Shown piece after piece: positions 53,301 through 64,000 of a DNA stretch of 64,000 nucleotides. The stretch is from NCBI GenBank assembly GCA_964016885.1, contig OZ024742.1, positions 196,416,001 through 196,480,000 of the forward strand, written 5' to 3'. Below the pieces are notes generated by a model. It had not been told where the DNA came from and searched no databases. It was given only the letters and a program-made list of their open reading frames with translations. The stretch comes from Eledone cirrhosa. Its lineage: Eukaryota. Each line of letters begins with the position of its first letter. Within the stretch, counting starts at the first letter, position 1. Position numbers and translations under genes: made by a program.

Positions 53301-54470
53301 TAGGGGATGCGCTGAGCCAATGCGGCAAAGGAAAATCTCCAGATCTCGACGGTCTACCCTACAAATTTTACGTAGCAATGCCGGACTTATTCTCCGGTCT
53401 CCTGGAAGCGGGCGACTGGAATTGGCAACAGAACAGGAGCATTCCTAGTTCTGTGACCAGGGGTGTAGTCACACTAGTCAGGAAGGACGAGAATAAGGGG
53501 GATGACATAGGCAACTTCTGGCCCATAACTCTGCTAAACACTGAGTTACAGATTTTGGCCAAGGCGTTGGCAAAGAGGCTGACGCTTGTTGTCGAGAACC
53601 TGGTGGGAGAAGCGCAGACATGCGCAATCCTGACCAGGTCCATACACGACAACCTCCACCTCATGCGATACATCGTAGAGAGGGTAGGGTGTAAACCTGG
53701 CTTCGGTGGGGCCCTGATCAACTTGGATCAGTCTAAAGCTTTCGATAGGGTTGACCATCGTTACCTGGATGCAGTGCTCGAGGCGGCAGGCTTTGGACCT
53801 GTGTTCAGGGGCTGGATTGCTGCAATGCACAACAGCAACATCTGCTCAAGGGTCAAGGTGACCGGCTACCTCTCGGAGCTGTTCCATATCACGCGATCCA
53901 TTCGACAGGGATGCCCTCTCTCCTCCCTTCTGTACGTACTGACTCTCAAGCCACTACTGCGGAAGTTGGAGCTATTGCAGGGCATCCTTCTGGAACCGGG
54001 ACTGCGGAAAGCGTCGTCGGCCTATGGTGGACAAGGCTGAAAGGGCTGAGGTCAGATACCTTTCTCTCTGGCCAACACTGATTCTTTTTTTCAAATACCA
54101 CTTTGGAAGAAGAATCAGGATGGAGAGAGAGGTGCTGTACTCCAGCAAGTTTTATGAAAGGTGGGTGAAAGTGGCGAGAATGGCCCGAGTGAATGGGCCT
54201 TCTCTCTATATCAGCCTGTAGGTTGAGGAAAGAGAGGAGGAGAGGAAAGAAGTACAAACTCTTCGTACTTCTGGAGATGAGGGTTGCACATTTTTTTTCG
54301 GGGTATGTGTGACCCATATGTAATGTCTCCCCCTATTGGGGAAAATCGACTAATTTTGAATTGCATTTGTGATAATATTTTACACGTTTTTATAGTATGT
54401 AAACTTCCCCCTTTGTATTTGTCCCTTTCTTTTGTGCCCCTGTGGCTAATAAAGAAACATATCTAACTAT
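50400..54470 (+). mobile_element. Tx1-clade LINE: ORF1 (Asn-rich N-terminus, CCHC knuckle, Thr/Pro/Gln-rich tail) and internally deleted ORF2 (EN, RT)
   Basis: CYHCLSSGHLTAYCP at ~51409. EN motifs LVGDWN, SYLDWVL, SDHKLV and GPGYWKLN. RT motifs PITLLNT, LDQSKAFDRVDH and RQGCPLS. 3' end ctaataaag. The 5' boundary is uncertain. Confidence 0.9.
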
Positions 54471-54623
54471 ATATATATGTGTGTGTGTGTGTGTGCTTGT
54501 GTTCATATGTGTTCCTGTCTGTGTGCTTATGTCCCAGACTAAAAAAACAATTACTAGGGTCAATATGAAAAAAGAATAAAATTATATACTCTTTTTTTGG
54601 TATTGAGCACTTTATATATATAT

Positions 54624-54807
54624 ATAGGAAAATGTATGACCCCGACGGCAGAGCTCAAGCTGTTTCAATGGCTATTTCTGGACTGGTCGAAACGGCTTGA
54701 GCTCTGCCGTCTGCGTCATACATTTTCCTATTACCCACTCTACTACCCTAGGTATTGAGTACTCTGGTGCGTTATGGTCCATCTGGTTCCTTACCACAAT
54801 TCCTTCG

Positions 54808-54810
<3 letters not shown>
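54624..54810 (+). mobile_element. Penelope-like fold-back element (~43-bp arms plus 80-nt tail) in (TA)n
   Basis: ataggaaaatgtatgac..gacggcagagctcaagctgtttc / gaaacggcttgagctctgccgtc..gtcatacattttcctat; tail shared with 28256-28336. Confidence 0.75.
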
Positions 54811-54842
<32 letters not shown>

Positions 54843-55199
54843 AGCATATTACCTGTCAAAATTGACTGGGCTTATAGTAATAATATATTTGATTTAATAA
54901 TTCTTTAAATATAACTGTTTCTACTTTAGGCACAAGGCCAGCAATTACCCAGTGCATTACTGAAATATAACATTCTATATAAAGATGCTTGAATGCTCAA
55001 TTTTCCTGGACTTTCTCTTGTCACTCCAGTCATCACAGTATTTTATTTGTTCTACCTAACTATCTACCTACCTACATACCTATCTAGTTATCTACCTACC
55101 TACCTATCTAGTTATCTACTTACCTACCTACCTACCCACCAACCTACCTACCTACCGACCAGCCTACCTACCTAACTACTTATCTATCTAGTTATCTAC

Positions 55200-55585
55200 A
55201 ATTGATTCCCTTCTTTAAGTATCACTTTAGAAGGAGAATCAGAGGAGAGAGAGACACTGCACCCCAGTAAATTTACTGAAAGGTGGGTGAATGTGGCAAA
55301 AATGGCCCGAGTGATTGGGCCTTCTCTGTATATAAACCTGTAGGTTGAAGAAGAGAGCAAAAGGAAGAAGGGAGCACTTGCACAACACGCTCTTGGAGTT
55401 GAGGGTTGTTCTATTGACGGGGTATTAAACAACCCATTTGTGGCGCCTCCCCCCTATTGGGGATTTCGATTGTCGTAATTGTTTGTTTTATATTTTTTAC
55501 ACGACTGTATGTAAAATCCCCGGCATGTCTTTGTTTTGTCCCCTTTTCTTGTGCGCCCTTGTGGCAAATAAATAAACATATCTAT
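55200..55585 (+). mobile_element. Tx1 3' fragment in (TATC)n-like sequence
   Basis: Homologous to 54080-54465 (ERWVNVAKMARV..PSL); followed by tatctatctatc. Confidence 0.85.
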
Positions 55586-55904
55586 CTATCTATCTACATA
55601 CCTGCCTATCTAGTTATCTACCTACCTATCTGTTTATCCATATTCGAACTGCTCCTGGGATTTGTGGTTTGTCATTGATATTGCTTTTCTTGTCCGAAAA
55701 TATACATGCTGCTAAATATAAATATAAATATACAACTATAGATTGACAGTCAGATAAACAGATAGACAGAGAAACATACAGATATATAGAGAGGCGGGTT
55801 GGTTAGAGAGTTAGATAGGTAGATAGTTAGATAGTTAAACAGACAGACAGATAAATAAAGATGTCCGTAGGTAGATTTGTATATTTAGACATATATCTAA
55901 ATAG

Positions 55905-56207
55905 ATAGATAAATTTCTTTATTAGCCACAAGGGCACAAAAGAAGGGGAGAAATACAAATGGGGAGTTTACATACAGGTATATGAAAATAAAACTATTAA
56001 TAAAATAACAAATAACAATTGAAATCCCCAATAGGGGGGAGGTGTTACACAGGGGTTGTACACACCCCGAAAAAATGTACAACCCTCATCTCCAGAAGCA
56101 CCAAGAGTGAGTACTCCCCTCCTCTCTTTCTCTTTTCCCTCAACCTACAGGCTTATATAGAGAGAAGGCCCAACCACTCGAGCCATCTTTGCCACATTCA
56201 CCCACCT
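55905..56207 (-). mobile_element. Tx1 3' fragment in (TATC)n
   Basis: RWVNVAKMARVVGPSLYISL; flanked by (GATA)n on both sides. Confidence 0.85.
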
Positions 56208-56248
56208 AAATAGATAGATAGATAGATAGATAGATATAGAGAGAGAGG

Positions 56249-56292
<44 letters not shown>

Positions 56293-56722
56293 AAGAGACA
56301 GACAGACAGACAGATAGATAGATAGATGATGTTTTTATTGTATAAAATCGACACATAGGTAGATAGCTCTCTCTCTCCCTCTCTCTCATGTACACACGCA
56401 CACACACACACACACACACACTCTCTCTCTAACAATAAATAGATGACAGCCTCAATCTTTGATCTACAGATCAATATATTATTGATCAGTAGATATTATC
56501 TCATCTCTTACTGTTCCTCTGTATCTAGCTCTTTCTCTCGCTACATCAATCTGTCTGTCTGTCTTTATATGATGTATTACATATTTACGGGTGTATGTAT
56601 GATATATGTAGGTGTATATATATCCATGTACATACGATATATGTATGAGTGTAGGTATAATATATGTATGTGCGAATGTATGTATATATCTATCTATATC
56701 TATCTATCTATATATATATATA

Positions 56723-57442
56723 AGTTAAAACAATGAAATAAAAAAATCAAGTCATTAGAGATATACTTCACCAACAATACTAAACTAGCTAACACCATAT
56801 CTTTAGCTGAAGTGGTAAATAATTATAAAAAGAAAAAAATAGATTTCAAGTTATCGTGGAACACCATTCTACAAAGAACTCCATATCTTGGGAGCAGGAG
56901 GGAATGCAGATTATATTCAGGGGAGATCTTGGAAATTACTAAATCTAAGGACGATTTATTAAATAAAAGGCAGGAACTGATCATAGTTTGTAATCACTGT
57001 ATACGAAGAACATTTAAATACTATAAACCTAATTAAATATTCTAAATAGCAACTCACTATAATTCTATATAGAGTAACATTTATTAGTACCCCTTTCACC
57101 TAATTATATGCATTCATTTTTACCTTTTAATGTTTTAGCTTCCTAAGGTTTATGCGTTAATGACTAAAGGCAACAAGGTACACAACCACCCATAATTGCA
57201 TGAGTAAAAATATATATCTATGTATGATATGGAAATATATTTATGTGTGTGTATATATATATTTATGTATGTGTATATATGTATATGTATGTGTGTGTGT
57301 GTGTATGTGTGTATATATATATATATGTGTGTTTGTGTGTGTGTATATGTGAGTATATGTGTATGAATGTTTATATATGAGTGTGTGTACATGTATGAGG
57401 AGTGTACATACACACATATATATGTGTGTGTATATATATATG

Positions 57443-57475
<33 letters not shown>

Positions 57476-58505
57476 GTGTGTGTGTATATGTGTGGGTATA
57501 GGTGTGTATGTGTAGATATAGATATGTATGGATATGTGTGTATATGATTATGTGCACATGTGTAAATGTGTATTTAGGTTTGCATCTATTTGTGCGTATG
57601 TATATTTTTGGTTGGATATCAATATAACTGTACCTCTCTATATATAGTGTGGATATATGCACTTTGTGATCTATGAAATTTATGTGTTTTAACTATGCCA
57701 ACATGTATTTATCTGAGTTTGATTATTTATACATAAACATACTTGATAGTATTTTAGAGTGTATCATATGCTGTATTATACTAAATGCAATTTACCACAC
57801 CGTACTATATTGTGTTGGTTATGTTGTATATTATCGCATTTCTGTATTTCATTATCTTATTATAATTTTCATCTTTTAATATACTATCTTTCCTAGCCAT
57901 AACCTTAATTTATATTCACCCAAAAACTCAATACAACACTAATCACCATTTATTTTGACATTCCTTTTAAATTCACTATACCAGATACATTCAACTATCA
58001 GTTTGACAATCCCTTTCCTCCTAAAAGATTTTTATGCCAATTCTACTATTAACACCATTCAACCATTCCTTTCAAAGGATCATGACCTCAACTAAAGTGT
58101 ATTACTTTTCATCTTAACACCATATGAAAAAAACAATTTGATTGGTTAGTTCTTCAACTTTCTCCAAATAAGGACATGATACTAACATACTACTAATTCT
58201 GAATAAAATTATTATTGCTTTTGAAAACAGCTGGTGATATGCATGTAAGTAAATATTTTCTTTATCTGATATTTTGTAACTAACCTTACATAGATCAATA
58301 ACGGAGTATAGCTACAATGTATTATCATCACCTAGAAACGATCGTAAAACAGTGAAGTATATCTCTAATGACTTGATTTTTTATTTCATTGTTTAACTCT
58401 GTTTTCCTTTTAATGTTTTCTTAACCTACAACATTTTCAACATATGGATTAAATCGAGTTCTTCATGCAGAATAGACCCCACAACTTACTGTGGATACCT
58501 CTGTG
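56723..58505 (+). mobile_element. 5'-truncated Penelope-like retroelement: GIY-YIG C-terminus (56772-57036), microsatellite-rich 3' region, inverted partial terminal repeat
   Basis: SLAEVVNNYK..IDFKLSWNTIL..PY..RECRLY..EI....LLNKRQEL..CNH resembles Penelope endonuclease C-termini (W.IL..Y..C.LC..E..I..LN.R.E..CRH). 56723-56771 is the inverted copy of 58352-58398. TA tracts at both ends. Confidence 0.8.
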
Positions 58506-58570
58506 TATATATATATATATAACAGCATTAGCGTTGACTGCTTTGAACAACATGCTGCCTGTAACTGTAG

Positions 58571-58639
<69 letters not shown>

Positions 58640-58796
58640 ATATATTTTATTTATTTAGGTTTGTTGGTTCACCACTGGATAGAACTGGTCATTCCGTGTG
58701 GTCAACCTCGATGTAATATTATGGAGAGCACTCAACGTAATGCAACTCACCCGTCTTCGTTTGTGTAGTTGGTGGTGTGAGTACGGAGTTAATTAT

Positions 58797-59142
58797 TATA
58801 AAATAACAGGAGGCTGGACTGGTGTAATTCCTTAAAAGGTTTATTTTACTATGATCATTTCAATGACCGGGTTCAGTATGAATCTGGTGACATCATCAGG
58901 TATTCAAAATATAACAAAGGAATATAATAGACAAAATCCATGAGGCTGAAAATCAGAGAGATGAGGGCGGCCGACCATTTAACAGCTTTTACCCCGGTTG
59001 GCCGCCCTCGAGTTTATTATATTCCTTTGTTATATTTTGAATACCTGATGATGTCACCGGGTTCAGTATGAATCGGTCATTGAAGTGATCATATAATAAA
59101 CCTTTTAAGGAATTACACCAGTCCAGCCTCCTGTTATTTTAT
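58797..59142. mobile_element. Penelope-like palindrome (~130-bp arms) with CTGATGA cores
   Basis: aaataacaggaggctggactggtgtaattccttaaaagg / ccttttaaggaattacaccagtccagcctcctgttattt; CTGATGA at 59045-59051; inner GC-rich hairpin at ~58962-59009. Confidence 0.8.
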
Positions 59143-59374
59143 TATAATATATATATATATATACACATATATATATATCTGTTGGTCTCTATACCCGTCT
59201 GTCTCTTTCTCCACCTCCCCTCCTACTACACCTCAGTAGAGTCTCTATGTTCTGTCCACAAATCATGTCCAATAAATATAGACTCATTGTGTATTCTATC
59301 TGTAAATGTAGCTATGTGTGTATATGTATGTAACTATATATATACATGTATGTATATTATCTCTTTCTCTTAAT

Positions 59375-60500
59375 TTCGAGTATATTTTTTTGACCGGCCA
59401 CCTTCCTGGTGGCAAGGTTGTAAAAGAAAAGAAATTGTCATCCCTTGAATCGCAAGAATGTTTTGCAAATTTTGAAGGTGCCAGCTATCGCAGCCATTTG
59501 TAGACTATGAATTAGGGAGCTGCGCTTTTTGTCCGCAAATCCAAGTTCAGTCATACTTTGGTCCAAGCGGGTTGGTATATAACCCGTAGCTCCAATAATG
59601 ATGGGTATGAAGCTAAAGGTGTATCTTGGATACTGGATTTGTAAACTCCTCATCAATTGTCCGTAGATGTCCTCCTTCTCCTGTATTTTTCTGACAACGT
59701 TTACATCAAGTGGGCAGCTGATCTCCACAACAGAACACGTTTTCAATGTGTGGTCCCAAACAACAATATCAGGCCGGTTGTGCTTTAATTTGGTGGCAGT
59801 TTTTATTTTCAGGTTCCACCAGTATTCCTTAGTGCCATCTGTCTCAATATATTCTTCCTCGTTTGTTGTTAATTTGTTTTCCGAAGTGCGTTCCAGATGG
59901 TTCTAGCTATCCCATCGTGTCTCATGGGGAGGTAGTAGCGAGATGACATTCTTTCGCAGCTGGCAACAATGTGGCTTACATCCTCGATCTTTGTTTTACA
60001 TAGCCTACATTTATTGTCAGCTGCTGGCCCTCCTCTTTTGTGCAGCAGATATTTGGTAGGGAGTTCTTGTTCCTGTATTGCATAGAGATATCCCTCAAGG
60101 TGTGATGTCATAAACTTGTCGGAACTCCATGCCAGGCTTTTTGAGTGGTTTATCCCCTCTATGGTCTGTGTTTTACGCCTCAAGTATCCATGCACAACTT
60201 TTTCTGTAAATTGGTCAATTTTTTTATCTTGTTTGAACATTGAATAGGATCTTCCGATTTCTCTGGGTGAGAGATTTATATCAGGCTTTATTCCATATCT
60301 CTCCTCCAGATCAGTCGCTATTCTAATGATTTTTTTTTTTTATGCTCATAAACCTGGGCAAGATGGTTGCCAACCTTTTTCCTCTGTTGAAGGTGTTGCT
60401 TCAGTGTTAATATCCGGGTCTCATATGTTGTTAATATTGATTTTAGACCCCGGCCACCTTCCTTGCGTGAGAAGTATAGCCTATCCACATCACCATTGAT
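59375..60500 (-). mobile_element. RLE-type non-LTR retrotransposon (R4/Dong-like), 3' fragment
   Basis: AIQEQEL, CRLCKTKIEDVSHIVASC (CCHC), Y..RHD, KHNRPDIVVWD..VVEISCP, IPIIIGATG: restriction-like endonuclease signature. Confidence 0.88.
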
Positions 60501-60759
60501 GTTAAAGTTCCCAGTAACATGTATGCATGTATGTATGTATGTATGTATGTATGTATGTATGTATGTATGTATGTATGTATGTGTGTGTGTATGTGTATAT
60601 ACATGGGTGCATGTGCTTGTTCAGCGCATCGGTAGGGGTTCTCCTACATGGATATAACATAGTGGCCGTACTTGAAAACGAGTTGGCAGCCACCATGTAT
60701 GTATGTGTGTGTGTATGTGTATATACATGGGTGCATGTGTATGTATATGTGCGTGGGCA

Positions 60760-61100
60760 TAGAAATAGTCAGGCTGGACACTCAATCGCGAGGTTAAGCC
60801 ACTGGGAGTGAAGGACCCCTAGCCTTTGTCAGGGTATTCTTCTAGGAGAAGGCAACTCATGTAACTGGGATAACTCCGATATAAAACCTGCGGCTCAGTC
60901 GTTACCGATGATGTTGATCTTTTATTCTTTTCGGGTTATAGCTACTGTTGCTCAGAGAGTGGAATTGGCTCAGTGCACAGTCTTTCCTCACTTTAAAAAA
61001 TATCTTCACATACAGGCATTGCACAATAGAATTAATTAATAATTATTAATAATAGTATATCGTGCAATGGCCATACTCGATAACGAGGGGGCAGCCATCA
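60760..61100 (+). repeat. Unclassified interspersed repeat, possibly related to an RTE 5' UTR
   Basis: ctaggagaaggcaactc..ataaaacctg resembles RTE 5' UTR motifs. Its end (ggccatactcgataacgagggggcagccatcatgta) recurs at ~60660-60700. Confidence 0.3.
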
Positions 61101-61639
61101 TGTATATATGTATGTATGTGTGTTTGTGCATGTATGTATGCATGTATATATGTATATGTGTATATGTATGTATGTGTGTATGTATGTGTGTATGTGTGTA
61201 TGTATGTTTGTGTGTATGTTTGTGTGTATGTATCTTTGTATGCATGTATGGATGTGTGTATGTGTCTTTCTATGTATGTGTGTATGTATGCATGTATGTA
61301 TGTATATTTATGTATTAGTGGTGAAGGGTAACTTGGAAAGCAGAGCATGCAGTCCATGATGCAGACCAATTGCCATGATGGCAAGTAGATTAGTAGAGCC
61401 TTATTCTCCCCTTCACCCTGGAAAATTATTTGCCCTATCCATCTGCGAACGTGATATGAACTAATTTTAATGTGAGAAAATACACTTCTACAAACAGGCC
61501 ATGCTTTGGGTTTGATACCCCTCTCCATTGGACTTGATATTCCTCCATTAGTAATACCCAGGCAACATGCTTGCCATGGGGACTGTTATTGGTAATGAGA
61601 GAAATCTGAGAAAGAAGACCAAATTGCCCAATCTCTCTT

Positions 61640-63720
61640 CATTTTGAGAACACTTCATATAATTATTTGCTAGCTTTACTGAAGAAAACCTTGGTTTAGT
61701 TCATATTCCTGTATTAAGTCTGCAAACTTCTGGATGTTTAATGCTTGTTTTGCAAAATCTGCAGCATAAAGGGATTTCAGCTTGCTTTTAAATCCATCTA
61801 AATCCAGTATGTTTAAATAGATATCCAAAGATGAAAATGCTTCCATTGGATTTTTTTTTTTTTTTTTTGTAAACATGAGAAAGTTTTGGGTTCAACAATT
61901 CAACAAATCTGAACTCTCCTAATGTTTTAGATCTTTGCTCAACGTGAAGAATAATTTAATAACTTCATCCAAAATGTTGTTAAACAAAGTTCTTAAAACA
62001 GCTTCTGGTTTATGATATCAACCACACTTCTCTGGTGGTTCAGCAACACTATCGAAGTAAAATTCTTCAAACCTGTTGATCTTGATATAACCAATTGTTT
62101 TTTGAAGTTTTCAACCTTTCAACTACATGAATACATCTTGAAATATCAAGTGAACTTTTTTTTTAAATCAAAAAAAGTATCTTTGAGCTACTCAATATGG
62201 TTTCAAAAACCACTAATAAAAAGTTAAACTGAAAATCTTCTAGGATTGCAACAAATCCCCTTGCCTGTGCTAATTCTGAAGCACTCCAATCCTCTGGATG
62301 TTCTAATATGATTGAAAATATTTCAGAAAATACAGTAATTTTGTTGGATAAAATAGATACCTATCAAGATGAATAATTCCAGCATGGTTCAGGTAACTTT
62401 GGAAATCACATTCCAATGATTTCATCCAGTTGTGCTATTCAAGCCATTAACTTTGAAAGAAAAAGATGAAATTCCTTTCAAAGTTTGGAAGAAAATTCAA
62501 CATTCACGAATACTTGAATCTGATTGAGAGAGTATCAAATTAAGTGAATGAGCATAACAATGAACAAACATGACATTCACACCAAAAATCTCCTTTATTC
62601 TTTCTTGCACTCCATTTAGATGTCCATTCATCATACTTGCTCCATCATAAGTTTGTGCAATGAATTTTTTACCACCATTGAATTCATTAACAAATTTCTG
62701 AACTTTTACTGTCAGCGATGCAGGTCTTACCTTTCTTGAGGCTTGACTTTTCCTTCTCATCAACAAATTATAAAATGCATGACAATTGAGATTTAATTGA
62801 AAGATCTGTAGTCTCATCAAACATAACAGCAACGAATAATATTTTTTCGATCCTTGCCTTAATTTCACATTGAATTGTTGAAGTTATACAATTAATGATC
62901 TTGTTTTCAATATCACTTGAAAGTCCAGAAAATGTGCAGTTAGCATTTTTCTTCACAAAATCTAAATGCAATCTTAAGCAATCATTGTATTATGCTACTA
63001 CTTCACATATAGCCAGAAAATTACCCTTATTATTTAATCCTTCTATTTCATCATGTCCTTGAAATGGTAATTTTTTCCTGGCCAAAACATCAATACAATA
63101 AAAAAACTTTTCAATATATCATGATTTTTCTCAACTGATCTATTATGTCACTGAATCAAAGCTGCTTTCCAGTGATCAATCGCAGTATCAATTCTTTGTC
63201 AGCCAAAGGTTTTCAGAGCAATCATGGAATTCAGATGGTTCTGAGATTTTATGTCTTGTCAAAGCTATAATCAAATTGTTCAAATCACTATAACCAGTAG
63301 TTGTCCATGTGTTCTTAGGTTGACAAAATGGCAAACAGAATAATTTGTTCAGAATGGAACAAATTATTCTGGAATCTTCCACTCATACTGTTAATAATAC
63401 TTGGAATCAAAATGATTGTTTCTGATTTAGGCACAAGGCCAGCAATTTGAGAGGAGGGGAAAATCTATTAAATTGACCCCAGTGCATGACTAGTACTTTA
63501 TTTTGTTGACCTCGTAAGGATGAAAAGCAAAACTAACCTTGGCAGGATTTGAACTCAAAATAATGATAACATTCCTTGCTACCCACTTTGGTTTGATTTT
63601 CTGTTCAAGTTTTGGCTTCTCTCTTCTGAGAATGATAAAATTCTTCTCTTCGGAGCTTCTTGTTGCAAAAGATCGGAAAAGTAGAGAGAAAACTGAGTTA
63701 ATTGTCTCTTTTGCCATCAT
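61640..63720 (-). pseudogene. Decayed hAT transposase (ZMYM1/DUF4371-like) with a SINE inserted at 63416-63560
   Basis: DETTDLSIKSQLS, AQTYDGASMMNGHLNGVQ and FVHCYAHSLNL (CxxH); N-terminal TTF-type finger remnant; multiple frameshifts. Confidence 0.88.
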
Positions 63721-64000
63721 GTGGGTGAATGAAAATGTGAAAAATGTAACTGAATTATAATTTTTCTTAATGTATTGAAGCTTTATTCTAACAAAAAATT
63801 TAGATACTAATTTACTTTTTACATTACTTTTTAAAAAATAATTTTGAATATTTAAAATAAAGTTTTAAAGTATTGGATTGGATAAATGGATGTAAACTTT
63901 ACCTTTTTAATCACAAAAAATAAACATTGCTGGTTGCTTCTTTCACTCCAAGTGTAAACTGGTCAAGAAGAGAATTCTGGGTAGAGATCACATGACTGAA

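Noticed and set aside
61640-63720. Domesticated ZMYM1-like host gene
   Set aside because: Multiple frameshifts and stops plus a SINE insertion indicate a dead transposase.

Overview
AT-rich, extremely repeat-dense eukaryotic DNA. The tRNA-derived SINEs, (GAT)n-tailed RTE LINEs and microsatellite load suggest an octopod cephalopod, which is an inference. Only one host coding segment is recognisable and the ORF track misses it: the 52-nt first coding exon (MELENIVANTVYIKARE-G) of a GRK4/5/6-type receptor kinase on the minus strand at 33959-34010. Positions 1-33958 are therefore probably intron 1, and 34.3-64 kb is upstream sequence. The rest is RTE, Tx1, CR1 and R4-like retrotransposon fragments, a Penelope GIY-YIG fragment, a decayed hAT transposase, MITEs, many SINEs and several satellites. 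The most notable unannotated signal is a dispersed set of about 9 short, mostly (TA)n-flanked fold-back elements. Most carry intact-looking or decayed hammerhead-ribozyme cores and share a Penelope-like layout of inverted arm, forward arm and unpaired tail. The best hammerhead (14612-14673, minus) lies sense to the kinase pre-mRNA. All calls were made by eye, and repeat boundaries are approximate.
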